IMG/VR virus record: IMGVR_UViG_3300048895_000049
Coordinates: 1-61,310 of that record
Length of the DNA stretch: 61,310 nt
Source of the DNA: a virus
Lineage: Duplodnaviria; Caudoviricetes
Reading direction: 5' to 3' (one strand)
Shown: positions 26,431-37,200 of the stretch, piece after piece
Layout of the letters: each line of letters opens with the position of its first letter
How positions within the stretch are numbered: position 1 is the stretch's first letter
Notes under the pieces: model-generated
Seen by the model: the letters and a program-made list of their open reading frames with translations, nothing else
Database searches by the model: none
Told to the model about the DNA's origin: nothing
Position numbers and translations under genes: made by a program

Positions 26431-26744
26431 TGGACGAGGAATTTCTCCGCAAGCTCGAACGCCAACTGGCCGACGACGGCAAGCTGATCGAGGCCGGGTG
26501 GGTCGGGCTGCAGATCGCAGCCATCCCGCCCGGGGCTCCGCAAATCCAGCTGGACGAGATGCGCATGTCGTTCTTCGCCGGTGCGCAGCACCTGTTCTCC
26601 AGCATCATGTCCATCCTCGATCCCGGTGAGGAGGAGACCGAGGACGACCTGCGGCGCATGGACCTGATCAGTGACGAACTGGAGGCGTTCATCACCGAGT
26701 TCGCGGCGAAGCATGGCCTCCCGCCGATGGGGAAACCCGGATGA
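26430..26744 (+). CDS. Hypothetical protein
   Basis: Coupled ORF, EMRMSFFAGA. Confidence 0.7.
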   Translation: MDEEFLRKLERQLADDGKLIEAGWVGLQIAAIPPGAPQIQLDEMRMSFFAGAQHLFSSIMSILDPGEEETEDDLRRMDLISDELEAFITEFAAKHGLPPMGKPG

Positions 26745-27001
26745 CCATGACCAACGTACAGCCGCACTCGTGCCCCTACTGCGGCCACCTGTTCGAGGCC
26801 GTGTCGGACGTGGACGGTGACCAGACCGCGCCTAGGCCCGGCGACGTCACGGTGTGCATCGAGTGCGCCAGCCCGCTGATCCTCACCGAGGGCCTGCAGG
26901 TGCGCGTCCCGACGCCGGTCGAACTGCTCGAACTGACGGCAGCGCCGGAAGTGATGCAGGTCGTGCAGGCCATCGCTGCTACCCATCGAAAGGATAGCTG
27001 A
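26741..27001 (+). CDS. Zn-ribbon protein
   Basis: CPYC...CIEC. Confidence 0.7.
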   Translation: MTMTNVQPHSCPYCGHLFEAVSDVDGDQTAPRPGDVTVCIECASPLILTEGLQVRVPTPVELLELTAAPEVMQVVQAIAATHRKDS

Positions 27002-27327
27002 TGGCCCTAGGTCCAGAAGCCAAGGTGAAGGCCCGCATCAAGGGCTTCCTCCTGACGCTGACGCAGTGCTGGTTTTTCTTCCCAGCCGCGCACGGCTACG
27101 GCGTCAACGGCATCCCCGACATCGTCGGCTGCTACAAGGGGGTGTTCTTCGCCATCGAGGTGAAGGCCCCCGGGTGCATGAGCAAGGTGACCGTCCTGCA
27201 GAAGCAGCAGATCGACGGCATCAACAAGGCGCAGGGATGGGCTCTCGCGACGGACAACGTCGAGGCGGTCCGCGAACTGTTCCACCTGATCGACATCGCT
27301 CAGGGAATGCCAACGGAGGCCGCATGA
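27001..27327 (+). CDS. VRR-NUC nuclease (putative resolvase)
   Basis: PEAKVK, GIPDIV, IEVKAP, LQ. Confidence 0.88.
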   Translation: MALGPEAKVKARIKGFLLTLTQCWFFFPAAHGYGVNGIPDIVGCYKGVFFAIEVKAPGCMSKVTVLQKQQIDGINKAQGWALATDNVEAVRELFHLIDIAQGMPTEAA

Positions 27328-27560
27328 GGAAGGCTGCGGTCTATCATCCTGACTGGTGGGAGGCTGCCGAACAGATCGGCTACGAGATCAGCAGCATCAC
27401 CATCTTCGATGATCAGGTGATCGTCTCGGCGCGGCGGGCGGACGCCAGCACGGCGCGGCGGCCGCACTACACCACGGTCGACGTGGCCCGTACCGATGAC
27501 GAGCGCACGATGATCCGCGCCATGCAGGCGCGCTTGCGGCTGGAGGGCGGTCCGGAATGA
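27324..27560 (+). CDS. Hypothetical protein
   Basis: GGAGG SD, ATGA overlap. Confidence 0.6.
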   Translation: MRKAAVYHPDWWEAAEQIGYEISSITIFDDQVIVSARRADASTARRPHYTTVDVARTDDERTMIRAMQARLRLEGGPE

Positions 27561-27739
27561 CGAAGCCCCTGCTGGTCAAGAGCGGTGGTTTCACCGGCGA
27601 CGGCAAGTGCGCCCGCCTGCTGTTCTGGCGGCCGGGCACCGGCGAATACGAATGCTACGTCGCCCTCTACGCGGCCCGCAACGACAACTACCTCCGCTCC
27701 CTCGTGGAGTTCATGAAACACAAGGTGCCACACCGTTGA
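27557..27739 (+). CDS. Hypothetical protein
   Basis: Coupled ORF. Confidence 0.55.
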   Translation: MTKPLLVKSGGFTGDGKCARLLFWRPGTGEYECYVALYAARNDNYLRSLVEFMKHKVPHR

Positions 27740-29337
27740 TCGTCTCCACCGCAACCAAGAAACTGGTGCTGAACCTGCGCAACCCGGGAAGGGTGACGCA
27801 CGTCATCCCGTCCGCTCGCGTGTTCGAGTTCCGTGGCCAGCCCTTGGTTGCGGTGCCCCACCGGCTCGACGAGGTGCGCGTGCTGCGCAACCTCGGCATG
27901 GCCGCGCCGTCGCCGATCCTGCACCACTACCGCTGGCCCGGCCGCCACGACCCCTTCTACGCCCAGCGCATGACCTCGCAGTTCCTGACGCTGAACCTGC
28001 GCTGCTTCGTGCTCAACGACATGGGCACCGGCAAGACCCTGTCGGCGCTCTGGGCCTTCCACTACCTGCGCCGGATCAAGAAGGTGCGGAAGATGCTGGT
28101 CATCGCCCCGCTCTCCACGCTGGAGCGGACGTGGGCCGACGAAATCTTCGAGAACTTCCCCGACCTGAACGTGGCCATCGTCCACGGCGACAAAGCCCGG
28201 AGGCTCAAGCTGCTGGCCGACGACACCTACGACATCTACGTCATCAACCACCACGGCATCACGGTCGTCGAGGCCGCGCTGATCGCCAAGCAATTCGACA
28301 TCGTGGTCGTCGACGAGGGGGCGATCTTCCGCAACGCCACGACCAAACTGTGGAAAACCCTCGACCGTGTTGTGCGTGGAATTGGGCGTATCTGGTGGAT
28401 GACCGGGACGCCGACGCCCAACGCCCCGACCGACGCGTGGGCGCAGTGCCGCATCGTCTCGCCGGAACGCGTGCCCAAGTTCTTCGGCAAGTTCCGCGAC
28501 ATGGTGATGAAGGCGCAAGGACCCTTCCGCTGGTTCCCGCGCAGCAACGCCACCGAGACGGTGTTCGACGCCATGCAGCCCGCGATCAGGTTCACCCGCG
28601 ACCAGTGCGTGGACCTGCCGCCGACCATGTACGTCACCCGCGAGGTGGCCATGACGCCCGAGCAGGCCACCGCGTACAAGGCCATGCTCACCACGCTCTA
28701 CATGGAGTACGGGGCCGGGCAGGTGACCGCCGTCAACGAGGCGGTGAAGATGTCCAAGCTGATCCAGATCGCCTGCGGCGTGGTCTACGGCAAGGGCGGG
28801 CAGGAGATCGTGCTGCCGAACGCACCACGCATCGCCGAGGTGCTGCGGATCATCGAGGAGGCGCACGCCAAGACGATCGTCTTCGTGCCCTACAAGTCGG
28901 TGCTGCGCTACGTGGCCGAGGAGATCAGCAAGGCGCTCGACCCGGTGGGCACGGTGAACGCCGCGCTCACCCAATCGAAGTGGACGAGCCCGCGCGTCGG
29001 CATGATCAGCGGCGACACCCCGCCAGCCGAGCGGGCGCGCATCTTCTCGGCCTTCCAGAAGGGGGACATGGACGTGCTCTGCGCTCAGCCTGCGGCCATG
29101 AGCCATGGCCTCACCCTGACGGCGGCCAACGTCATCGCTTGGTACGGGCCGACGCTGAGCAACGAGACCTACCAGCAGGCCAACGCGCGCATCACCCGGC
29201 CCGGCCAGAAGTACAGCCAGTTCATCATCAACATCGAGGGCTCAACGGTGGAGCGCGCGGCGTTCAAGCGGCTCCAGAACAAGCAGAAGATGCAGGGCCT
29301 GCTGCTCGAAACTGTCGAAGCGGAGACGGGTGTGTAG
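27736..29337 (+). CDS. SNF2-like SF2 helicase
   Basis: DMGTGKT, VVDEG, TGTP, HGLTLT, QANARI.RPGQ; TTG start inferred. Confidence 0.9.
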   Translation: MIVSTATKKLVLNLRNPGRVTHVIPSARVFEFRGQPLVAVPHRLDEVRVLRNLGMAAPSPILHHYRWPGRHDPFYAQRMTSQFLTLNLRCFVLNDMGTGKTLSALWAFHYLRRIKKVRKMLVIAPLSTLERTWADEIFENFPDLNVAIVHGDKARRLKLLADDTYDIYVINHHGITVVEAALIAKQFDIVVVDEGAIFRNATTKLWKTLDRVVRGIGRIWWMTGTPTPNAPTDAWAQCRIVSPERVPKFFGKFRDMVMKAQGPFRWFPRSNATETVFDAMQPAIRFTRDQCVDLPPTMYVTREVAMTPEQATAYKAMLTTLYMEYGAGQVTAVNEAVKMSKLIQIACGVVYGKGGQEIVLPNAPRIAEVLRIIEEAHAKTIVFVPYKSVLRYVAEEISKALDPVGTVNAALTQSKWTSPRVGMISGDTPPAERARIFSAFQKGDMDVLCAQPAAMSHGLTLTAANVIAWYGPTLSNETYQQANARITRPGQKYSQFIINIEGSTVERAAFKRLQNKQKMQGLLLETVEAETGV

Positions 29338-29338
29338 C

Positions 29339-29367
29339 TTGACAACACCCCCGTAATAGCGTATACT
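29339..29367 (+). promoter_or_regulatory. Sigma70-type promoter P3
   Basis: TTGACA-17 nt-TATACT. Confidence 0.85.
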
Positions 29368-29403
29368 AGTGTACTAAATCGGAGAAGGACTTAGACCCAC
29401 CCC

Positions 29404-29796
29404 ATGGCTGTTATGAACATCACCACGCTGGTCGAGCGATACATCGCCGCCCGGGACATGAAGACCAAACTCGACGCCGCCCACAAGACCAAGCTCGAAC
29501 CGCTGATCGCGGCGATGGAGAAGACCGAGAGCGCTATCCTCGACTTCTTCAACAAGCACGGCATGGACAGCGCCAAGTGCGAAGCGGGGACCGCCTTCAA
29601 GGCCAGCCGCACGTCCGCAACTGTGAACGACATGGACGCCTTCCTCGACTTCGTCCGTGAGAACGACGCGTGGCATATGCTGGAGAAGCGCGTCGCCAAG
29701 ACCTCGGTCGACGAATACGTGGCCGAGCACAACGATCTCCCACCCGGGATCAACTACACCCGCATGGCGGCCCTCAACGTCCGTCGCGCCTCATAA
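29404..29796 (+). CDS. Conserved phage replication-region protein
   Basis: YIAARD..GTAF..D.DAF..F..LEKR..PPG pattern. Confidence 0.75.
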   Translation: MAVMNITTLVERYIAARDMKTKLDAAHKTKLEPLIAAMEKTESAILDFFNKHGMDSAKCEAGTAFKASRTSATVNDMDAFLDFVRENDAWHMLEKRVAKTSVDEYVAEHNDLPPGINYTRMAALNVRRAS

Positions 29797-29805
29797 GGAA
29801 AGACC

Positions 29806-30957
29806 ATGCCGAACAACCTCACCGCACCAATGTCCGGGGCCGTCCCGGCACACATCCAGAAGGCGTTCGCCCAGCAACAGGCCAACGCTGCGCTGGCCGC
29901 TGGCGTCAGCGCTGGCTACCCGATCATCTCCTACAAGGGGAAGGTCTGGCACGTGGTCGAAGGTGGCGAGCGCACGCTCATCACCATCGGCGAGGGCCGC
30001 AACGCCAACGACCCGGCCGCTTCGCTGGAGGCGGTCATCCTGCTGGCCAACCCGGCGCTGAACAAAGTCTACTATCCCGATGGGTATGAGGAAGGTTCGA
30101 CCGAACGCCCCCTCTGCCACTCGGACGACGGCATCACCCCCGCCGCCGACGCACAGGAGAAGCAGTCGCCAGCTTGCGGCGTCTGCCCGCACAACGAGTG
30201 GGGCTCCAAGGTCAGCGACACCGGGTCGCGCGGCAAGGCGTGCGCCGACAGCCGACGCATGGCCATCGCCTCTCCTGACGATCTGGAGAACCCGATGCTG
30301 CTGCGCTGCCCGGCCGCCTCGCTCAAGACCCTGCTGGCCTACGGTCAGCAACTCGACAAGCGCGGCTGGCCCTACTTCGCGATGGTGACGCGTATCGGGT
30401 TCGATAGCTCGCTGGCCTACCCGGCTCTGACGTTCACGCCCGAGCGCTGGCTCGACGAGGACGAACTGGCCAAGGTCAACGAGATGCAGGACGACGATCT
30501 GGTCAAGACCATCACGGCCATGCGTCCGGTCCCGATGGGCGATCACCCGGCTTCGACCGCCGCCCCGCAGGACGACGCGTTCGCCCGCATGGAGCGCGCC
30601 GTCGCCGCCCCCGCGCCTGCGCCGGTGGAGGAGCCCGCCGCCGCCGCCGCCGCTGCTGCACCGCCGAAGGTCCGCAAGCCGCGCACGCCGAAGGCCACGG
30701 CCACTGCCGCCGAGGTGGCCGCCGCCGTGCAGCCTGAGCCCGAGGAGACGATGCACGCAGAGCCTGAGCAGACGGTGGCCGCGCCGCGCAAGGGGTTCGG
30801 GGCGCGCAAGGCCAACGGTGTCGCCGCCCCCGCGCCTGCGCCGGTGGAGGCCGCCGCCGACGATGAAGGCAGCACCCTCGGCGACGAGGCGCTGTCCGAA
30901 CTGGAGGGCGTGCTCGCGGGCTTCGATGACGAAGGTGAGGAAGGCGACGAGGCATAG
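29806..30957 (+). CDS. Putative ssDNA-binding/annealing protein
   Basis: Cys cluster CHS..CGVCPHN..KAC, Ala/Pro linker, acidic C-terminal tail. Confidence 0.6.
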   Translation: MPNNLTAPMSGAVPAHIQKAFAQQQANAALAAGVSAGYPIISYKGKVWHVVEGGERTLITIGEGRNANDPAASLEAVILLANPALNKVYYPDGYEEGSTERPLCHSDDGITPAADAQEKQSPACGVCPHNEWGSKVSDTGSRGKACADSRRMAIASPDDLENPMLLRCPAASLKTLLAYGQQLDKRGWPYFAMVTRIGFDSSLAYPALTFTPERWLDEDELAKVNEMQDDDLVKTITAMRPVPMGDHPASTAAPQDDAFARMERAVAAPAPAPVEEPAAAAAAAAPPKVRKPRTPKATATAAEVAAAVQPEPEETMHAEPEQTVAAPRKGFGARKANGVAAPAPAPVEAAADDEGSTLGDEALSELEGVLAGFDDEGEEGDEA

Positions 30958-30966
30958 CCCCGTCCA

Positions 30967-30998
30967 CCGGCGCAATTGCTGGCCAGCAATTGCGCCGG
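30967..30998. promoter_or_regulatory. Perfect 32-bp palindrome containing operator-like site 6
   Basis: CCGGCGCAATTGCTGG|CCAGCAATTGCGCCGG. Confidence 0.8.
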
Positions 30999-31028
30999 AC
31001 CCTTCGTCCCTCAAACCGGAGTACCCCT

Positions 31029-31292
31029 ATGGAACCGATCGACTTCACCCCTGTCCATTCCGCCAAGCTGCTGCCGACCGATCTGGCCCGGCTGGTGGGG
31101 GTCGGCAGGGTGTCCTGCTCCTACTGGCTGAACGGCTATAAACAGCCGCACTACCTGCACCATGAGAAGGTGAAGGGCATCGTTGACGCCATCGCCAAGG
31201 CCACAGAGAGTGGGCTGCTCCCCGTCCCGATCAACACAATGCGACGGGAGCGAGCGCACTACATCAAGCAGGCGCTGGCCAAGGTAAACTGA
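31029..31292 (+). CDS. Cro/XRE-like HTH protein
   Basis: LLPTDLARLVGVGRVSCSYWLNG..P; GGAG SD. Confidence 0.7.
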   Translation: MEPIDFTPVHSAKLLPTDLARLVGVGRVSCSYWLNGYKQPHYLHHEKVKGIVDAIAKATESGLLPVPINTMRRERAHYIKQALAKVN

Positions 31293-31322
31293 CAATCTAC
31301 GACTGTAATCCTCGGGGGCTAC

Positions 31323-34208
31323 GTGGACGACACCGTGTTCTTTGACACCATCCTTCCGTCTCAGGGCCTGCGCTGCATCGCGCTCCCTAAGGCGAACGGG
31401 AAATGGCACCATCTGTGGGGCGCGGACAACGCGTGGCTGGCTAACGTATCGAAGCAGATCGACACTGCCCGGAACGTAAACGTCTACTACGCCTGCGCTA
31501 CCTTCCTGCCCGGACCACATGATGTTGTGACGGGTCGTAACCATCGCAAGCAAATCTACGTGGCCGCGCTCCGCTCGTTCTTCGTCGACCTCGACGTTGG
31601 GATCAGCGAGCCGAACAAGGCCCCGAAGTACGCCACCCAGAAAGAGGCGGCGGCGGCGATCATCTCCTTCGCCGTACGTCACAAGCTGCCCAAGCCGTGG
31701 CTGGTGAACTCGGGCTGGGGCGTCCACGCCTACTGGCCGATGACGGCGGACATGACCGTCGAGCAGTGGAAGCCCGTAGCGCAGGCCCTCAAGCGGGCGC
31801 TGGCGGCCGATGGCGTCCTGTTCGACCCATCACGCACGGCGGACGAAGCGAGCGTCCTGCGGCCCCCGGGCACGCACAACCACAAGCGCCAGCCGAAGCT
31901 GGTCCGTGTCGTGCTGGTCGGCGACGTGACCGACTTCGCCGTGTTCGCACCGCTGCTGGCCAGCTACGCGCAGGCCGCATCCTCACCGTCGATCGGAGTG
32001 GCCAAGCTCTCGGAGCAGAACTCGGCGCTGGGTGGCGGCATGCAGCCCGACCCATCATCGGCCCTGTTGATCGCCAACGAGTGCGGCGTCATCGGCATGA
32101 TGCGCGACACGCGTGGTCTGGTTGACCAGCCGACTTGGTACAACAGCCTTGGCGTCCTGCTGCACACCGTCGAGGCCCCGGCCATCTGCCACGACTGGTC
32201 GAAGGGCGACCCGCGCTACACCGCCGCCGAGACCGACGCCAAGCTGACGCAACTGGCCAACCATGGCCCGACCACCTGCGCCAAGCTGCACGACTACCAG
32301 TCCGCCATCTGCGACGCCTGCCCGCATTGGGGCAAGATCACCAGCCCGATCCAACTTGGGCGGCCGCGCATCGAGAAGACCACGACCGAGACGGTCGAGC
32401 GCGTCATCACCAAGGGCGGGTTCGTCAAGGATCAGGTCACCAAGATCGACCTGCCCTACGGCTACGGCGAGACCGTGAAGGACGGTAAGCGGCTCCTGAC
32501 CTACACCTCGATGAAGCCTGACAAGGACGGCACGCTCGTCCCCGATACCGAGATCATCTGCAACACCATGTTCTGGGGCCTGTCGCGTCTCTGGGTGGAC
32601 GGTGCGAGCCACATCGAGTTCGAGATGGTCACCCGCGAAGGGTCACGCAAATTCATCGTCGACAGCGCCGTGATCGGACGTGGCGGACGGGAAGTGAACG
32701 GAGTGCTGGCCAGCAACGAGATCACAGGAAAGGGGAATGCCTTGCAGTCCTACCTCACCGGCTGGCTCAGCCACCTGTCCAAGACCGCCGACCGGGTCAT
32801 GGCGCACCGCAGCTTCGGCTGGGACGCCGAGGGCGACTTCGTGCTGGGCGACGCGGTCATCCGGCCGGACGGCGGCGAGAGCCGGTCCATCCTGATGGGC
32901 ATGGCCAAGTCGCGTGGTGAGGCGGTGGTCCGCAAGGGTGACCTCAAGACATGGGTGGCCCTCGTCGACCGGGCCTACAACGCCCCGGGGCAGGAGGCTT
33001 TCCAGTTCCAGATCGCCTGCGCGTTCGCGGCTCCGCTGCTCAGCCTGATGCAGCAGGTGCGCGGCGTCACCGTCTATTCCCACACCGATGGGTCAGGCGC
33101 GGGCAAGACCACCGTGCATCAGGTCGGCCTGTCCGCATGGGGCGATTGGGATGCGCTGATGCTGGCCGACAAAAAGACCACGCCGAACATGCTTTGGGCG
33201 CTGATGGGCGCGTATCGCTCGTTGCCGGTGGTCTACGACGAACTGACCAACGCGCCGAACGCCGACGTGTCCGAACTGGTCTTCTCGGTCTCGTCCGGCC
33301 GGGCCAAGGAGCGCATGACGGCGGGCGGCGAGGCGCGCACCAACAACTCCAACTGGTCGACCATCCTGCTGGCCAGCGGCAACACCCTGCTCAGCGACAA
33401 GCTGGCCCAGCACCGGGCCAACGCCGAGGCCGAGATCAGCCGCCTGTTCGAGTTCACCCTGCGCGCCGATCCCCATCTCTCGGTGGTCGAGGCCAACGCC
33501 CTGTTCCCGCAGTTCGCCAACCACTACGGCCATGCGGGGTACGCGTTCGCACGCGCCGTCGCCACGAACCGCGACAAGGTGACGGCGTGGCTCCTCAAGA
33601 CGCAGCGCTCGCTGATCAGCGAGTTCGAGATGACCCAAGTCGAGCGCCACTGGTCGGCGCTGTTCGCCGCCGTCCTCGTGGCCTTGGTGATCTGTCGCGA
33701 CCAAAAGCTGGTGGCCTTCGACATCGCGCCGATCAAGGCGTGGATGCGTGACCAGCTTGCCGAGAACCGTGGCCAGCGCAACGCGGGGGTCGTCGACTAC
33801 AAGGAACTGCTCAGCCAGATGCTCGACGAACTGTGGGCTGACGTGTTGGTCACGCAGGGCGTCGGCGACCTGCGCACCGGCACGCCGGTCCACACCCTCA
33901 AGCAGCCGCGCACCGGCTCCGTCATCGGTCGGGCGGTGCGTGCGACCTCGGTCGACAAGGCTGACGTCAGGATCAGCCGGGTGGCCATCCACAAGTGGTG
34001 CAACGCCAAGGGTGTGTCGCCCAAGACCATGCACGAGACCGCCGTCAACCTGCGCTGGTGCGCCCCGGAGATCGAACGCTACGGCCTAGGTCGGGGGGTC
34101 AAGGAATACCAGACCACCGACAACATCCACTGCTGGAAGTTCTACCCGGACGTCATGGAGGGCGTCGTCTCCGTGAACCTGTCCCTCGTGTCGGGCGGCA
34201 AGCCCTAG
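31323..34208 (+). CDS. Primase-helicase fusion (AEP/RepB-like primase plus DUF927 helicase)
   Basis: FVDLD, SGWGVHAYW, VLRPPGT.N, PTTC..C..CPH, SGAGKTT, YDE. Confidence 0.85.
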   Translation: MDDTVFFDTILPSQGLRCIALPKANGKWHHLWGADNAWLANVSKQIDTARNVNVYYACATFLPGPHDVVTGRNHRKQIYVAALRSFFVDLDVGISEPNKAPKYATQKEAAAAIISFAVRHKLPKPWLVNSGWGVHAYWPMTADMTVEQWKPVAQALKRALAADGVLFDPSRTADEASVLRPPGTHNHKRQPKLVRVVLVGDVTDFAVFAPLLASYAQAASSPSIGVAKLSEQNSALGGGMQPDPSSALLIANECGVIGMMRDTRGLVDQPTWYNSLGVLLHTVEAPAICHDWSKGDPRYTAAETDAKLTQLANHGPTTCAKLHDYQSAICDACPHWGKITSPIQLGRPRIEKTTTETVERVITKGGFVKDQVTKIDLPYGYGETVKDGKRLLTYTSMKPDKDGTLVPDTEIICNTMFWGLSRLWVDGASHIEFEMVTREGSRKFIVDSAVIGRGGREVNGVLASNEITGKGNALQSYLTGWLSHLSKTADRVMAHRSFGWDAEGDFVLGDAVIRPDGGESRSILMGMAKSRGEAVVRKGDLKTWVALVDRAYNAPGQEAFQFQIACAFAAPLLSLMQQVRGVTVYSHTDGSGAGKTTVHQVGLSAWGDWDALMLADKKTTPNMLWALMGAYRSLPVVYDELTNAPNADVSELVFSVSSGRAKERMTAGGEARTNNSNWSTILLASGNTLLSDKLAQHRANAEAEISRLFEFTLRADPHLSVVEANALFPQFANHYGHAGYAFARAVATNRDKVTAWLLKTQRSLISEFEMTQVERHWSALFAAVLVALVICRDQKLVAFDIAPIKAWMRDQLAENRGQRNAGVVDYKELLSQMLDELWADVLVTQGVGDLRTGTPVHTLKQPRTGSVIGRAVRATSVDKADVRISRVAIHKWCNAKGVSPKTMHETAVNLRWCAPEIERYGLGRGVKEYQTTDNIHCWKFYPDVMEGVVSVNLSLVSGGKP

Positions 34209-37200
34209 CCGCCCATAAGCTCGAGTGCGTCCTGCGGGGTGTCGGCGTACATCATCGCAGCGACGAACTGGCGGTTGGCCTTGGTGGTGGGCACGCCGCC
34301 GATCACCTGCTTGTTGCGCTTCGCCTGCTCGGCCGGGGCCTTGAGGATCGTCGACAGCGGCTGGCGCTTGAAGCCGTCCCGCTCGCGGGCCTTCTGGATC
34401 GCCTCGAACTCGGAGCGCACCGCCTTCATCTGCGCGCCGTCCTTAGCGGCGGCGGCCTTGCGGTAGTTCGACTTAAGCTCCGTGGTCTTGGCCGTGTAGT
34501 ATTGGTTGGCCTCGAAGTCCGCCGACCGTCGATCCGCCTGATTGACCAGTGCGCGCGGCCGCACACCCAGCGCGGTGTAGAAGGCATCCAGCCCAGAGAT
34601 GTCTTCCGGCTTCATCAGGATGTCGCCCTGCTTCGTCGTCAGGCCCTCGGTCTGGAGCCGCCCGGCCTTCATGGTGTTGGCCACGAGGCCCGGCATCAGG
34701 CTCTCAGCCATGCGCGCCCAATCGCCCTTCTCCGCAAAGCCCCAGCCGTCGACGGCCTTGGCGACCATGCCGCCTGACGGACCCAGCATCAGCTGGCCCA
34801 TGTTCTGGAAGAACTTCTCACGGCTGGTCAGGCCCTCGCTCAGGTCCTGATAGGGGGCCAGCGAGGCGATGTTGCCCATGCCCAGCCGGTCGCTGGTGTC
34901 CATGCTCAGCAGGGCGTAGGGCGCACCCTTGAACAGCAGGTCGGCCAGCCAGTTGCGCTTGTCCCCCTCGCCGCCCGCGCCGAGGGCGTGCTTCAAGTCC
35001 TCCTGCCAGTTCGACCAGTCCTTGTCGTCGTCCTCGTCGATCAGGTTCATCAGCGCCCCGATCACCGGACCCAGCACAGCGGCCCCCGGCTGGGCGATGA
35101 TGCCCCCGATCGCCGCCATGTGGGCGCTGGTGAAGGCCAGAGCCTTGAAGCCCTCACGGCGCTCCTCTGGGGTCGCACCCTTGAAGGCCCGGTGGAACTC
35201 CTTGGCCACCAGCGCGCCCATGATCAGTTGGAACTTGCGGAATTGCAGCGCCACCTTGCCGAAGCTCCCGGCCGCGTGGAACGGCGTCGGGGAGTTGAAG
35301 CCCGAGTAGTCGCCGTGCGTGTCGTAGATCATCTTCGACGCGGTCTCGCGCGCCTCGGCTTCGCTCTGCCCGTCCTGCAGCGCCAGCCGGTAGGTCGAGG
35401 TGCCGGTGGCCACGCGGTTCATGACCTCGACGTACTGCGGCATCATGCGCAGGAACCTGTCGGCCTTGTTCCAGCTATCCGCGAGGATGCCCTCGCCGTC
35501 GACTTCCCAATGGCCGTTCTCGGCAGCGAACCCGGCGTCGAGGCGGCCGCGCTTCGACAGGAAGTCGAGCAGTTCGCGCACATCCTCCGGGGCCTTGGTG
35601 TAGTCCACCCGCTTGAACATGCCGGTGTCCTTCGTCATCGCGGCGAAGTCCTTGTAGGCGTCCATCGTCGCGCCCCACGCGCGGGCGTAGCCGAACTTGG
35701 AAGACATGATCGGCACCGCGATCAGCGCGTGCTGGGTGGCGTTCTGCAGGTAGTAGAAGGGCGATGTCAGCAGGGTCCACATCGAAACGGCGCGCACGAT
35801 CCGGTCGACCGTGCGGCTGGGCTTCACGCCTTGGTTGGTCGTGTAGCGGTACATCATCTCGTTCAGGCCACGCTGGGCGTCGCGGCGCTGGGCGTAGGGG
35901 ACCTGCTTCACCTCCTTGTGCATGTTCGCCAGCGTGGTGTTCAGCGCCGGGCCGTTGGCGATCGAGGCGATGAAGTTGGCCGTGGCCGACCCGCGCGACA
36001 CGAAGGCGTGCATCATGTCCACGACCTCGCCGGTGACCGGGTCCTTGGCCGGGACGCCCTTGCGTTGAAGCTCTGCCTTACGGGCCGACGCCTCGGACAG
36101 GGAGTGCAGGTAGAGGTCGTTGACCAGCCGCTGCAGCCGGGCCGACGCCTGCGATCCCTTGTCGGTGTCACCGGCCACCGCTTTTTTCAACTGGTCGAAG
36201 GCGAGGAACACCTCGTCGCGGTTGACCGCGCCGTCCTCCACCCGGTTGCGCTCGAAGTAGTAGGACCCGTCCTCGCCGAACTGCGTGGCGATGTGGGAGT
36301 GCAGGGCCTCGGCCTCGGCCGCCGTGTCGCGGAAGTCGACGAAGTGGTGCGCCGGGTCGTCCGCCATCTTGTCGACGGCCTTCTGGTCGCCGCGCGCCTC
36401 GGCGTCCCGGTAGGCTTTGCTCTTGCCGACGATGGCCCACCAGCCCTCCCGGCTGATCGGGGTGTAGGGCAGGCCCTCCTGCGTGTCGAAGACCCGCGAG
36501 AAGTGCTGCATCGCCCGCGCCTTGTCCGAGGCGATGCGGTCCTTCTGCTCCTGCGTCTTGGCCACCGCCATCAGCGGGTCGTACTCGGCGTCGATCGCGC
36601 CGACCGTGGCCCGGTAGAGGGTGTTCCGGCTGTCGAAGTTGTAGCGGAACGTGTCCTTGATGACCTTCTGCGCGGCCTCGGGCATGGCGTTGAAGCGCTC
36701 GGCCAGCTTGGGATCGACCACCGCCTTCGGCTGGTAGTCGGGCTTGAACGCCCACTGCCCGGACTTCGTGCTGTCGTACATAAGCTCGGAGATCGACCCC
36801 GGCTTGGTGCCGCGCAGCTTGGCAGGTAGCTGGTGATAGGCGTCCTTGATCCCGGCCAGCCGTTCCTCGAACTCGCGGCTCAGGGCGTGGCTGTTCGAGA
36901 CAAGCTCGACCAGCTTGCGCGCGGAGGGGATCGACTTGGCCATCATGTTGGCCATGTCCTCGGTCCCGGAGAGCCACAGGTGGGCCTTCTTGAGCAGTTC
37001 CTCGCCGCTCACCTTGACCGCCGTCGACGCCTTCCGGGTGACCGTGCGGCGCGCGTAGGCTTCGGGGCCGTTGCGCGACAGGCTGAACTGGCCGCCGCCC
37101 TTGTTGAGCGGGGTGAACCGGCTGATCTGCTCGGACGGCAGGATGTTCTCGCTGCGCCCGGGCGGCGTGGCCCTGCGCATGTCCGACGACATGGCGCGGC

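Noticed and set aside
30601-30850. 31-bp exact direct repeat (30601-30631, 30820-30850)
   Set aside because: In-frame duplication (VAAPAPAPVE) in a low-complexity linker
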